From the NCBI RefSeq assembly GCF_964204645.1, contig NC_134031.1:8060001-8124000 (forward strand): DNA of 64,000 bases. The letters run 5' to 3'. Both the position numbers and the translations under genes were made by a program. Below are positions 53,530 to 64,000 of this stretch, in pieces. Each line of letters starts with the position of its first letter. Position 1 is the stretch's first letter. The stretch comes from Tubulanus polymorphus. Lineage: Eukaryota; Animalia; Nemertea. The notes beneath the pieces are model-generated. The model saw nothing but the letters and a program-made list of their open reading frames with translations, was not told where the DNA came from and made no database searches.

Positions 53530-54439
53530 GGTTACGAATCCGTGTGGGAGCTAACGGGGGATGTGAGGCTAGTTGTGTGGAGTGGTAAAGCTGGGAACAT
53601 GTGATGAATTTCCTGAATTTTCTATTTTCGATAGAAACTCTGAACACATAACTATGAAACGATTTTAAGTGTTCGCTCTTAGTGGTCGTCGCTTTCGCTA
53701 CGATATCTCTTAAGTGAACGACTTATGTTATATATTTTACCTATCGGTAACTCTTCCTACCGATAACCTATTTATAACCGATTGCCCTAGCTTCTAGAAT
53801 CCGGGATATAAAAAGTATACTTAACTTAACTCAGTAGTTTGCCTTTATCTGGTATAGTATGATATATGTTTACCCGATATATAATTTCTTCTATGGTGTG
53901 GCTACAATCCTATAGTCGACCCGTCTGATCCAGATCCAATCCCTCGGCTAATATCCCGTACGATCCCGATCTGATCTCTCGGTTCTCCTCTCTCTACTAC
54001 TCTACTAGTTCCCGTTCTCCTCTCTTACTTGGTCCCGTTCTCCAGTTCCCTTCCTCCTCGGTCTCGTTCTCCCCGAATCTACTGAACTAGCCCTTTTTAT
54101 CCCCAGAATATCACCCCAAGTCTCAATCTCTTTCCATTAGTTAATTACTAAATAAACTCACCAACATTCTATACAATACTATAACTACAATACTCTATAA
54201 ATCTCTCCAAGTAGAGAGATCGCCACTCAAGACCATGGTTTTAACCAATGTTTATATAATAATAAGCCTAATGGATACTATGAATTGGAACAATGAAGCC
54301 TAAAGATGCCAGTTTGAAGGGTCTTGAATGTCGATCTACACTAAATGTTATAAACACAGCAGATGTTCTGCCCTAAAGTTACATGAAAAATATTTTACAA
54401 ACAGCATTACTATTTAGCCGAAATAGCTAAATCGTAACA
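53530..54439 (-). mobile_element. Probable LTR of an LTR retrotransposon
   Basis: Minus strand starts TGTTACG and ends CGTAAC(C); ATAAAAAGGG box followed by a purine-rich tract; no clear TSD. Confidence 0.45.
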
Positions 54440-55119
54440 ACTATAACTATTGTTATAATCACTAATACAGAAATGTTTGAAAATTATTATTGATATCATA
54501 AATGAAAACATACTTCAAGAGAAAATAAAAATGACAGTAAGACACAGGTCACGTGTCTGATTTTGACAGAAACCTTCAATAGAAGTCAATGAAAAGCTTT
54601 TGGAAAAAAGTGCAAATAAAGTGAACTCAGCCAAAGTATGTGAGTTACTCGAAGTGTGTTGTGTTTTTATAGAATTAGCTGTTCAAGAAACCGACGGCAA
54701 AACATAATGATTACAGTTTAAAAAATTATATTGAAAACAATGCACAGTTAAATTACATTAGTATCTGTCGAATATATGGTAGAAAAATTTCAAAAACAAG
54801 TTTCTTCTCAATGCTAATTTAATACATTATTAAATTCCGAAGACAAAAAGTAATTCATTGTTGAAATCGGAACAAAAATAACCTTGGAACATCTAATTGG
54901 TTCCAGTGATCCAGGTCCCAGTTTCACAGACTTATTAAGTCCAAAAATATTTTTGAATCTTGATATTGGTCTCATGTTGTTACGTTATACCGCAGAACTG
55001 ATGGTCTTAGACCGGTCGTCTCAAGAGCCATGACTGTGTTACTGGTCCCACATGTCATCGATCCTATAAATGATAACTAGTCCTAACGATCCTATAAGCC
55101 TATAGTGATAACTGTTTGT

Positions 55120-55780
55120 ATAGTTCCTATAGCGGAGTTGCTAGTCATGTTTTTCAGACTTCACACAATTTTGATTTTGCTAATGCTGAATTAATTTACC
55201 CTTGCAGCGATAAAACTAGAAGACATATTTTGGAATCTGCATTAATTATTGAAAATTCGAACAACGTTGTAAACCTTAACAATGGTTTTTCACCCCATAA
55301 TAAACTTATATCAAAATTACTCTGTAAACTGGTTAAACTCAACACTTGTTTTCCCCTTTGATTATTTGTTATTTGTTCTCTCATCAATTTCGTCTCTGAC
55401 TTAACTTGTATTCACCTTAGTTTTAATTTAAGTGCCCCCTAGTTTGTCTTTCTTTTTACTACTGACTATAAGTTTCATTTATATTTATACTCACTATTGT
55501 TGTTTATAATTACCCCTTAGTTTGCTTCCCTTTAATCTTTTTTAGCGTGTAACTGTTTCTACGTTAATTTTCCTTTAGTTTGTATCATCTCTGATTACTT
55601 GAATTAGTCTCTTTGTCTCTGGATTGTATATATATCTCATAATTTCTGTAGTATCTCATTATTCCTGAAGATGACTATTAGGATATAGTCGAAACGTTGA
55701 AATAAACTACTATCTCGAAGTTTCATTTTCGGACTTTTTATTATCATTGTGGGATTCTCTCCTCATATCGTGTTACACCT
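55120..55780 (+). mobile_element. Penelope-like element 3' end (GIY-YIG C-terminus + pLTR)
   Basis: SGVASH..TSHNFDF...RRHILESALI...NLNNG, T-rich tract, hammerhead core, AATAAA. Confidence 0.8.
55661..55703 (+). ncRNA. Minimal type-I hammerhead ribozyme motif
   Basis: CTGAAGA-t-GACTAT-taggat-ATAGTC-GAAA-CGTT. Confidence 0.65.
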
Positions 55781-56011
55781 AAACAATTCTTAAATTAGCC
55801 TGGTGTTAACCGGGCGTAGAATAGAAGAGACGGATAGTACTTTATAGGTGACTAGTTTTTTTTTTACTAGTTTTTCGACCTTTGATCAAGATACGCATAT
55901 TTACAATTACTATCAGGTGGATGATGAAGCTTCTATACATTAGTAACGAAATCTCTCGTGCGTCAAATAAACTAGTTAAACCTATATAGTACTATTCGTG
56001 TCTTGTTGTAT

Positions 56012-57484
56012 TCATTCTAATGCTCCAGATTCTGTGACCCGATACGACACTATCTTGGTATTATAATCACTTGCACAAATTGTGTTGGGGTCGGATTTCA
56101 AACGACAAATTCGAAACATTGATACGTTGATTTCGCCAATAGAACTTGGATCCGATAAACTACCATCAGTATTAACTCTTGTCTGACAAACCTGTGTCTT
56201 ACTGTTGCCGAGAGAAATAAATGCAATAATGTAGGAACTTGTCGGACAAAACAGACGGACAAATGAATATGTTCCCTTTTCGCAAAGGTTCATTCTATGT
56301 TTTACAGTTAGTTGGGCATCATCTTGTGTAACATGATACAGAACTGCTTCTTCTATGCTGCCATTCTGGATTATGTTATAACAGACAAGAATAATTTCTG
56401 CGTTCATTGTTGTTATAACATCTCTGATCTTACTATCAACGGTAAGCGTCATCTTTGATTGTTTCTCAATAAACCTGGTATTGGCATCTGCTTCTGCGGT
56501 GAGAGGTTTGATTTTGAAATACGTCAGTACATCACCACAGCCAATGCATAACTGGTTGTTTGTAATGAAACAAGCATCGATGCTGTTGATCCCTGGCAAT
56601 GTTGGGACAAACCCGGTACATTTGTAAACCTGTCGCCCGGCTGCTGCTGCTGTTGCTGCTGCTGCTGTTGCCGCTGTTGTTACTAAGTTAAACCGGTGGA
56701 CGCTTATCTTATCCGTATCTTTGCAGAACGCGTACAAAGAATCAGTTTCATAATCTAGTCTTACTACAGAAAGAGTCGACATGTTTACAAATATTGAATC
56801 AGTATCAACTTTGACAAGTCGTTCATCTATAACTGAATCTCTATCAAGCATTATGTTACCATTCGGCAATGCAGTCATTAGATGATAATCCTTGAAAATT
56901 TCATTTCTCCTGAATTCGGAAATTTCGAAGGTTTTATGCGGACAATCTTCTATCGCAGCTACCGCCTCACTTCTGACCCCTCCCACGGCTCCCTGTCGAG
57001 TAGTTGTGCTCTCATCCAACTCTCCCAGAACAACTGATTTTGAAAGTACTACTTCAGTAGGATTGAAGCAAATATTCACATTTTCAACTTGAGTTGCTTC
57101 AACCAATGCATCAACATCTCCAACAGCTAACTGTATATGATCATTAGTGAACTCTTCTATGTCCTCTATATCTATTTTACCTTGTTCCATGTTAACTAAT
57201 GATGACTCAAACATCGTCAACTTGTTCAAACATTTCGTCACCTTCTTCAGCGCATCCTTCGAGATTTCCTGTAATTCCTGTCGCCTGATATCAATCTTTG
57301 ACTTGTACTCCTCATACCAAACATCTAGTTGTATTTTCATGTTGTCCACAGATAGTTTAACATCTTGTTCTACATTCTGTAGTTCAGCCATCCTCTCCTG
57401 TGTTGTGTTACTGATATTAGCGACAAGATCAGTTAACATTGTCTTGTGCGTCTCAATGTTCTTCATCGACTTTTGAAGCGCCAT
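56012..57484 (-). CDS. 490-aa TRIM-like coiled-coil + beta-rich (propeller-like) protein, single coding exon
   Basis: Uninterrupted ORF; heptad-rich first ~130 aa, then F.P....LGEL linker typical of TRIM-NHL, then beta-strand-rich region; acceptor at 57492 and candidate UTR-exon donor at 58095. Confidence 0.65.
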   Translation of the reverse strand: MALQKSMKNIETHKTMLTDLVANISNTTQERMAELQNVEQDVKLSVDNMKIQLDVWYEEYKSKIDIRRQELQEISKDALKKVTKCLNKLTMFESSLVNMEQGKIDIEDIEEFTNDHIQLAVGDVDALVEATQVENVNICFNPTEVVLSKSVVLGELDESTTTRQGAVGGVRSEAVAAIEDCPHKTFEISEFRRNEIFKDYHLMTALPNGNIMLDRDSVIDERLVKVDTDSIFVNMSTLSVVRLDYETDSLYAFCKDTDKISVHRFNLVTTAATAAAATAAAAGRQVYKCTGFVPTLPGINSIDACFITNNQLCIGCGDVLTYFKIKPLTAEADANTRFIEKQSKMTLTVDSKIRDVITTMNAEIILVCYNIIQNGSIEEAVLYHVTQDDAQLTVKHRMNLCEKGTYSFVRLFCPTSSYIIAFISLGNSKTQVCQTRVNTDGSLSDPSSIGEINVSMFRICRLKSDPNTICASDYNTKIVSYRVTESGALE

Positions 57485-58772
57485 GATTTACTCTGAAAAT
57501 AGAGAGACACCTGGTGTGAGTTACTGGAATCACAAAGTGAAAACATAAAATACTTATAGTATCGACCAGCTAGGCTTAAACAAGTTGCTCACACTGAAAA
57601 CCAATGCCTGGCCTGTGTTTTTTATGAATATTTTGAAATGAAAATATAATCAGTTTAGTTAAAAACCTTTAGAAAAATTTGGGATTTTTAATAATAATCA
57701 TGATAATGATTTATTTTTTTATCATTCATTACATAGATTTTTATCGAAAAAAAATACAAAGTGCAAATGAAATTGAGCGATCGATGCAAGATAACTAGGG
57801 TTTCAGGGTCACCATGCTCACTTGGTCAAATTCATGAGAATCTCAATATTTTAGAATTTGAAAATTTCAATATTCAACGCCCCCTGGCGAACGAATAACG
57901 CCCCTGGTGAACGAATACAACTACTCACATAGAAACACTCGCCACAATCGTAGACCATGTTATGAGCTACAATCTTTGGGGGCTGGGAGGTATTGTCCAC
58001 CCAATTAACGACAGTGATGGTAGCAATTGCAATGCTATAAATCATGTGGTATGTCTTGCGCAGCGTATAATCAGGTGGTGATTCTTTTACTTACCTTCTT
58101 TAAACTAATGAAACTCTTCTGACTATGTTGTTGTGGAGAGACGATTTAACGCGTTATGCCTGTAGTTGTGGTTGCGTCATACGTGTCGTCATGGTACCAC
58201 TGCGCACCGAGCTTCAGATTCAAGTCAATGAAAACAAGTAGTGAATGTCTACATAAGGACCTGAGTTGATTGTGTACGACCTATATCATGTATGAAATGC
58301 TCATTAAAAGGAAATTTATTTATAAAAGGTTAAAATCAAATGACGCAACGTTTTTCCCACACAAAAACAGGTTTGCTGTCTCTGTCTGTCTGCTGCCTAT
58401 TATCCATTTAAAAACTGTCTAATTCATTTCATTCATGATAATGGTGAAATAATAGAGACGCTTCAAAACTACTAAGACAATTTCCCTCCCTCTCTCCTCC
58501 TCCCTTCTAGCTCTCTCTGTCTATTCCCCCCTCTCTTTTTTCTCTCCTTTCTCCAGTCAGGCATTGGTTGGTCAGGGTAAAATTGGAAAAATTGAAATCG
58601 AAACCAAAACTACGATTAACTTTTGTTTCATCATGATCCAAAATTCAACGGTTTTTAGTCGAGTCAAATCCCAGTTGCACAGTTGTGATTGTAAGACTCG
58701 ACTAGTTAATTCATAGGAAAACGAACTAATTTTAAGTAGCAAATTAATGGATCACTTAGATTCTGGGCCCAA

Positions 58773-59958
58773 GTGTAGAATACGGGGTAGTAGTGCAGGG
58801 GTATAGAATACGGGGTAATAGTGCAGGGGTGTAGAATACGGGGTTATAGTGCAGGAGTGTAGAATACGGGGTAATAGTGCAGGAGTGTAGAATACGGGGT
58901 TATAGTGCAGGAGTGTAGAATACGGGGTAATAGTGCAGGGGTGTAGAATACGTAGTAATAGTGCAGGAGTGTAGAATACGGAGTAATAGTGCAGGGGTGT
59001 AGAATACGGGGGTTATAGTGCAGGGGTGTAGAATACGGGGTTATAGTGCAGGAGTGTAGAATACGGGGTAGTAGTCCAGGGTTGTAGAATACGGGGTTAT
59101 AGTGCAGGGGTGTAGAATACGGGGTAGTAGTCCAGGGGTGTAGAATACGGGGTTATAGTGCAGGGGTGTAGAATACAGGGTTATAGTGCAGGGGTGTAGA
59201 ATACGGAGTAATAGTGCAGGGGTGTAGAATACGGAGTAATAGTGCAGGGGTGTAGAATACGGGGTAATAGTGCAGGGGTGTAGAATACGGGGTTATAGTG
59301 CAGGGGTGTAGAATACGGAGTTATAGTGCAGGGGTATAGAATACGGGGTGAAAGTGCAGGGGTGTAGAATACGGGGTTATAGTGCAGGGGTGTAGAATAC
59401 GGGGTTATAGTGCAGGAGTGTAGAATACGGGGTTGTAGTGCAGGGGTGTAGAATACGGGGTTATAGTGCAGGAGTGTAGAATACGGAGTAATAGTGCAGG
59501 AGTGTAGAATACGGGGTTATAGTCCAGGGGTGTAGAATACGGGGTTATAGTGCAGGGTTGTAGAATACGGGGTAATAGTGCAGGGGTGTAGAATACGGAG
59601 TTATAGTGCAGGAGTGTAGAATACGGGGTTATAGTGCAGGGTGTAGAATACGGGGTAATAGTGCAGGGGTGTAGAATACGGGGTAATAATGCAGGGGTGT
59701 AGAATACGGGGTTATAGTGCAGGGGTGTAGAATACGGGGTTATAGTGCAGGGGTGTAGAATACGGGGTTTTAGTGCAGGGGTGTAGAATACGGGGTTATA
59801 GTGCAGGGGTGTAGAATACGGGGTTATAGTGCAGGAGTGTAGAATACGGAGTAATAGTGCAGGGGTGTAGAATACGGAGTAATAGTGCAGGGGTGTAGAA
59901 TACGGAGTAATAGTGCAGGGGTGTAGAATACGGGGTAATAGTACAGGGGTGTAGAATA
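58773..59958 (+). repeat. 28-bp satellite, ~42 copies
   Basis: (gtgtagaatacggggttatagtgcaggg)n. Confidence 0.95.
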
Positions 59959-59959
59959 T

Positions 59960-62220
59960 TTTCTTCTCCGCCAGCTCGCAAAAAGGAGCAAGACACCTAA
60001 AGCTTGAGAGTGAGTTGGGGAGTTCCCCGCCGCTGCAACCGGCTCCGGTACCCATCAGTCCGGCTCCTACATTTCAAGGTTCTGCAGTTATGGTTAGGGC
60101 ACCCACTCTTGGGAGTTTTTCGGGTGACCCTACCGCGAAAAAGGAATTAACCTTCCAGGAGTGGAAAATGGAAGTTAGGGCACTCCAGAAGGATCCCAAC
60201 TATTCCGAGTCGCAAATTCTCATGGCAATGAGAAGGTCTTTGCGTGGGGGTGTCCGATGCAGAAACCCTTAATTCAGGCCCTAGTGTAGAGTTTTCGTGT
60301 CGGTTTGTTGGATCCGCTAACATAGTGGAGGTTCAGTGCGATAACGTTCCTTGTAGAGCTTTGATCGATAGTGGCTCCCAGGTAACTACCGTGTCGCACG
60401 ACTTAGTAAATACTTATCTTCATGAGAAACATATATACCCTTTAACCGATCTAATTGAAGTCACCACGGTGGATGGCTCGTCTTTGTCGTATACGGGTTA
60501 TGTGGTGGTTTCGGCGCAATGTAACACTTTGAATCTTGATATTCCGGCTCTCGTAGTATCGTCAACTGAATTTCATCGTAAGGTTCCTTTACTTTTGGGC
60601 ACCAACGTTTTGGACCGTGTCACAGACTTTTCTTCTCTGCCACCCGAGTGGAGCAAAGCCCACGATCATCGAATTCGGGAGCTTCGGGATGTTGTAAAGA
60701 CCACTAAATCCGTCTCTATTCCCAGCGGAGTCGAAACCCCCATCAGTGGGCTCGTAAGGTTGAAAAATATCGACTATGAGTCCCTTCTTATGACATCTTC
60801 TTTCGGCAATGAATTGCCGTCAGGTTAAATGGTTATTCCCTCCGCCCAGGAGTCTGGAGGAGCGCCAGTAAGACGAATATCTGTGCGTGTTAAAAACCCT
60901 ACGTTGAAGGCTGTAACCGTTCCGGTCGGTGCTGTCCTTTGTTCGGTCACGAGTGTTGACTTGGTGGCTGGTCGTAGGATTGTAAACTTGTCGGACATTG
61001 AGGAAGGGCATACCGATAGTCTGTGTAATTTGAATCGCGAAAATGATGTAAAACGTGAAACTGTTAATCCTAGTATACCTGTAAACAATTTTCAGTACAG
61101 CCAGCGTCCTTCGTCGGAGGCAGGGGATCCTGTTTCGTCAAGTGCTACTCTACTGTGCTTTTTCCCAATCAAAACCTGAGGAAATATCTTATAAGTCGAA
61201 TGTGAAATCTTCAGTGACTGGCTCGTCACATGAGATCGTGGAAGACCCATCATCGGATGGAGACGACGAGGTCGATGGCTTCATATTAGCGGAGAAGGAA
61301 CACGGGGGGAACTGATTCCAAGATGAAATTTATGGAAAATTCTCCATCTGAGGATGGGACGGCGTTGCCGACAGTTCTCGACGTTGAGACAACTAAGTCC
61401 AGTGATAAAAGCTCAGTTTCACTCGTCGTTGACACTCAGAAGTCTGGTGGCGAGAGTGATCCTAGTGGTACTGATGCTAGTATGGGTACTGCTACCTCTG
61501 ACAGTAACATATCGTTCGTTGAAGCCGACGTTGATTCCGTCGTTAACGGAGAAAGTTCGGTCGAAAGTGTACTGCCTAGGGTTAGACAGGTTTACTGCCT
61601 GTTATGTTTGCTGATTACCATGTAGGTGCTATCATTCCGACATAGGAGCAAAAAGTTCAGTTATTGACGACAGCAAGTAAAGATCCGTCTATTAGTGGTA
61701 ACCCTTCTCTTCTTGCGGCTATTTTGAAAATGTGCGAGTAAGATCTGGCTCCGATCTGTTTAAAAAAAGGGGGGTGGGAGTATGTAAGAGTGAGTTTGAG
61801 TGTAAGTATTGGAGTGTTGTTTCAACGGAAAATTTGAGTGAGTTTGAGTGTTATTAGAAGATTTTATACGTGAGGGAGAACGTTGTTTTTTAGTAGACTT
61901 TCACTGTAAGACTTACACTAGTAAATAGGCCGGGAGTTTAGGTGCTGCCATCTACAGTGTGGTTTTGTATTATGATTTTTGGCGGCAACAGATCCAGTTT
62001 GAGACTGGTCATCGGTCTGATGACATCTCTGGAGTTAAATTGTAGTAATTAAACGTGATTATTTATTCAAGTATATCTGTTGTGGCAGGTCCTTCTTTGC
62101 TCTGCATGTTCGACGAGCTGTTTCGTCCGCTACTCTAATCTCCAGGGGCCGGTTTCATAGACAGGACCCCAATTAACTTGTGACACAGAAACCTCAAGCA
62201 GGAATTTACGACCCGTCACA
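59960..62220 (+). mobile_element. Internally deleted Gypsy/Ty3 element: PNMA-like gag, protease, PPT and 3' LTR (61783-~62220)
   Basis: FSGD...FQEWKMEV...RRSLRG; ALIDSGSQVT and LLLGTN; aaaaaaagggggg PPT then TGT...ACA; no RT, RNase H or integrase. Confidence 0.8.
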
Positions 62221-62808
62221 TAGAAATGAAATAAATCCAATTATTCAATTAAGGTATGGATGTTAAATTATTGAAAAACTTGAAAATAACGGAAACGACG
62301 GTCGGCCCAGACTACCATATTTTTCTCGAATCGTTCCCTTTGACGTGCAGGGGCCTGGCAATTTTTACGTCGTAAAAACGCGATTTTTAGTTTATGGGTG
62401 CAAGTCAAACACTGTCGACGTTTCCTAAGAAATTTGCAATGGTGAAATTTGGCGATCATATTCGTGTCTTTTTGACGTCGCAAAAGCCGTTAATAATGTG
62501 TAAACTATACATTGATTACTACTATGCCGTTTAGGTATTCCAGTGCGAGTTGATGTGCACTGTCATCAATGTTGGCGTTTCTGAATAACAGTGTGAATTT
62601 TGTCCTTTTTGAATAATGTAATACATTTCATATCTCGTATTCCCTCTTTGATAAATCTTGTTGATTATTTTTGAGAGGACTTGCACTAGGCCTACGTCAT
62701 AGTTATGAGTTATTACAAAATTCACATTGTCGTTGTTATTTTGAAACACCTATATCGATGACGTAGTGCACGACTCACACCCCGGCTTAAATAACGCATG
62801 TATCAATT

Positions 62809-64000
62809 ATGGATACCAATTCTAAAATACAAGATCTGCTCAACAATCAGGAAGTATACAAAAAACTTTTAAATCGAACCCGCTTTAAATCATTTAAAAC
62901 AAATTCAATAAAGGACTTCCGGACATTATCGCCAACTTCAAAGACGACAAAGTTTCTAAAACGCTGGACAAATTTAAATCCCGTCGCTTCCTTATCTTCA
63001 TGGACTACCAAAAATTCATTCACAAAAAGGACATTCCGCTACGACCGATCATATCGAATTGCGACTCGCCATCCTACAGACTTTCTAAGTATTTGGCAAA
63101 AACTTTGTCACCAGTTCTCGGCTCATTTTCGAACTCTCACTTGCGTCACAATCAGGATTTGCAAGATTGTCTTAAAAATGTTATTCCTGGGCATGATAAA
63201 TTCATTTCTTTTGATGTTACTAGTTTATTTACTAATGTTCCTATGGAACCTACCTTAGATTTTCTTAGGCGAAGGTTGCCTTCGATAGATACCGGTTAAT
63301 TGTCTTATTGAACTATGTACTAAAAACTTATATTTCCAATTTGGTTCTAACTTTTATGAACAGACTTTTGGTATGGCTATGGGGAATCCACTTTCCCCTG
63401 TTTTAGCTGGTTTATTTTTGGAACACGTTGAAAGTGAAATTCTTCCTCTTTACACCGATTGTAAACCCAAACTTTGGCGACGTTACGTCGATGATATTCT
63501 CTGTTTAGTTTCCCCTGATTTTGATTTAAACGGTTTCTTACTTTATTTGAACTCTTTATATCCGACTTTGAATTTCACTTTTGAGTGGGGAGAAAATAAC
63601 CGCATACCGTTTCTTGATGTACTCATTCATGATTTCAAAACCAATTTGAAATTCTCCGTTTATAGAAAACCAACGGACGCTGAAGCTAATCTCCATTTTT
63701 TCTCATTTACTCCTTTAAAACATTAAAATTGGGATAGCACAAGGATTATTCCTTCGAGCTCTTCGTATTTGTGATCAAATGTTTTTAGATAATGAAATCA
63801 AACATATAAAAACTGCTCTTAAGAAATTGGCTTACCCAGAAAAGATATTGAACAAAGCGTATTTTAAGCCAGGACTTCTCACTTTGGATGTAAAGATTTG
63901 ACCACAAAACTTAGAGCTCAAAGGAATATTGTAATCCCGTATTTACCCACTTTGGAACGGTATTAAACACCATTGACTCTAGATTAGTCTTCCAATATCA
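62809..64000 (+). pseudogene. Penelope-like reverse transcriptase, frameshifted, runs off the window
   Basis: HKKDIPLRPIIS, SFDVTSLFTNVP, GMAMGNPLSP, RYVDD, PFLDV, VYRKPT. Confidence 0.92.

Noticed and set aside
59405-60055. 216-aa repetitive ORF
   Set aside because: Translation of the 28-bp satellite cycling through frames.

Overview
AT-rich, intron- and transposon-rich eukaryotic DNA. It is probably from a bilaterian invertebrate (SH2D5-like and BRI3-like genes, Academ, ISL2EU, Penelope, L2, Gypsy). Host genes, all on the minus strand: eight spliced coding exons of an SH2D5-like PTB adaptor (39535-28874, SH2 exons not found), a frameshifted BRI3-like exon (51817-51526), and a 490-aa TRIM-like coiled-coil plus beta-rich ORF (57484-56012). 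The centrepiece is a three-level nest. A degenerate, intron-containing Academ transposase (~41981-51150) is split by a 6.4-kb element with AGT...ACT ends, a perfect 6-bp TSD (CATTCC) and ~600-bp TIRs, which are Maverick/Polinton hallmarks. That element is itself split by a near full-length L2 LINE. Removing the LINE restores a hidden 225-aa gene not shown in the ORF track. It has three tandem LC8/dynein-light-chain-type motifs and a virus-type CxCGG..H..H zinc finger, and is the element's only gene. Also present: an ISL2EU-type element (THAP-DDE plus SWIM-YqaJ) with ~500-bp TIRs, a tandem array of CTCF consensus sites at a splice donor, a 28-bp satellite caught expanding from a ~1.5-copy seed, Penelope fragments with hammerhead motifs, a deleted Gypsy element and many MITEs. 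Family assignments come from motif recognition by eye; no database searches were run.
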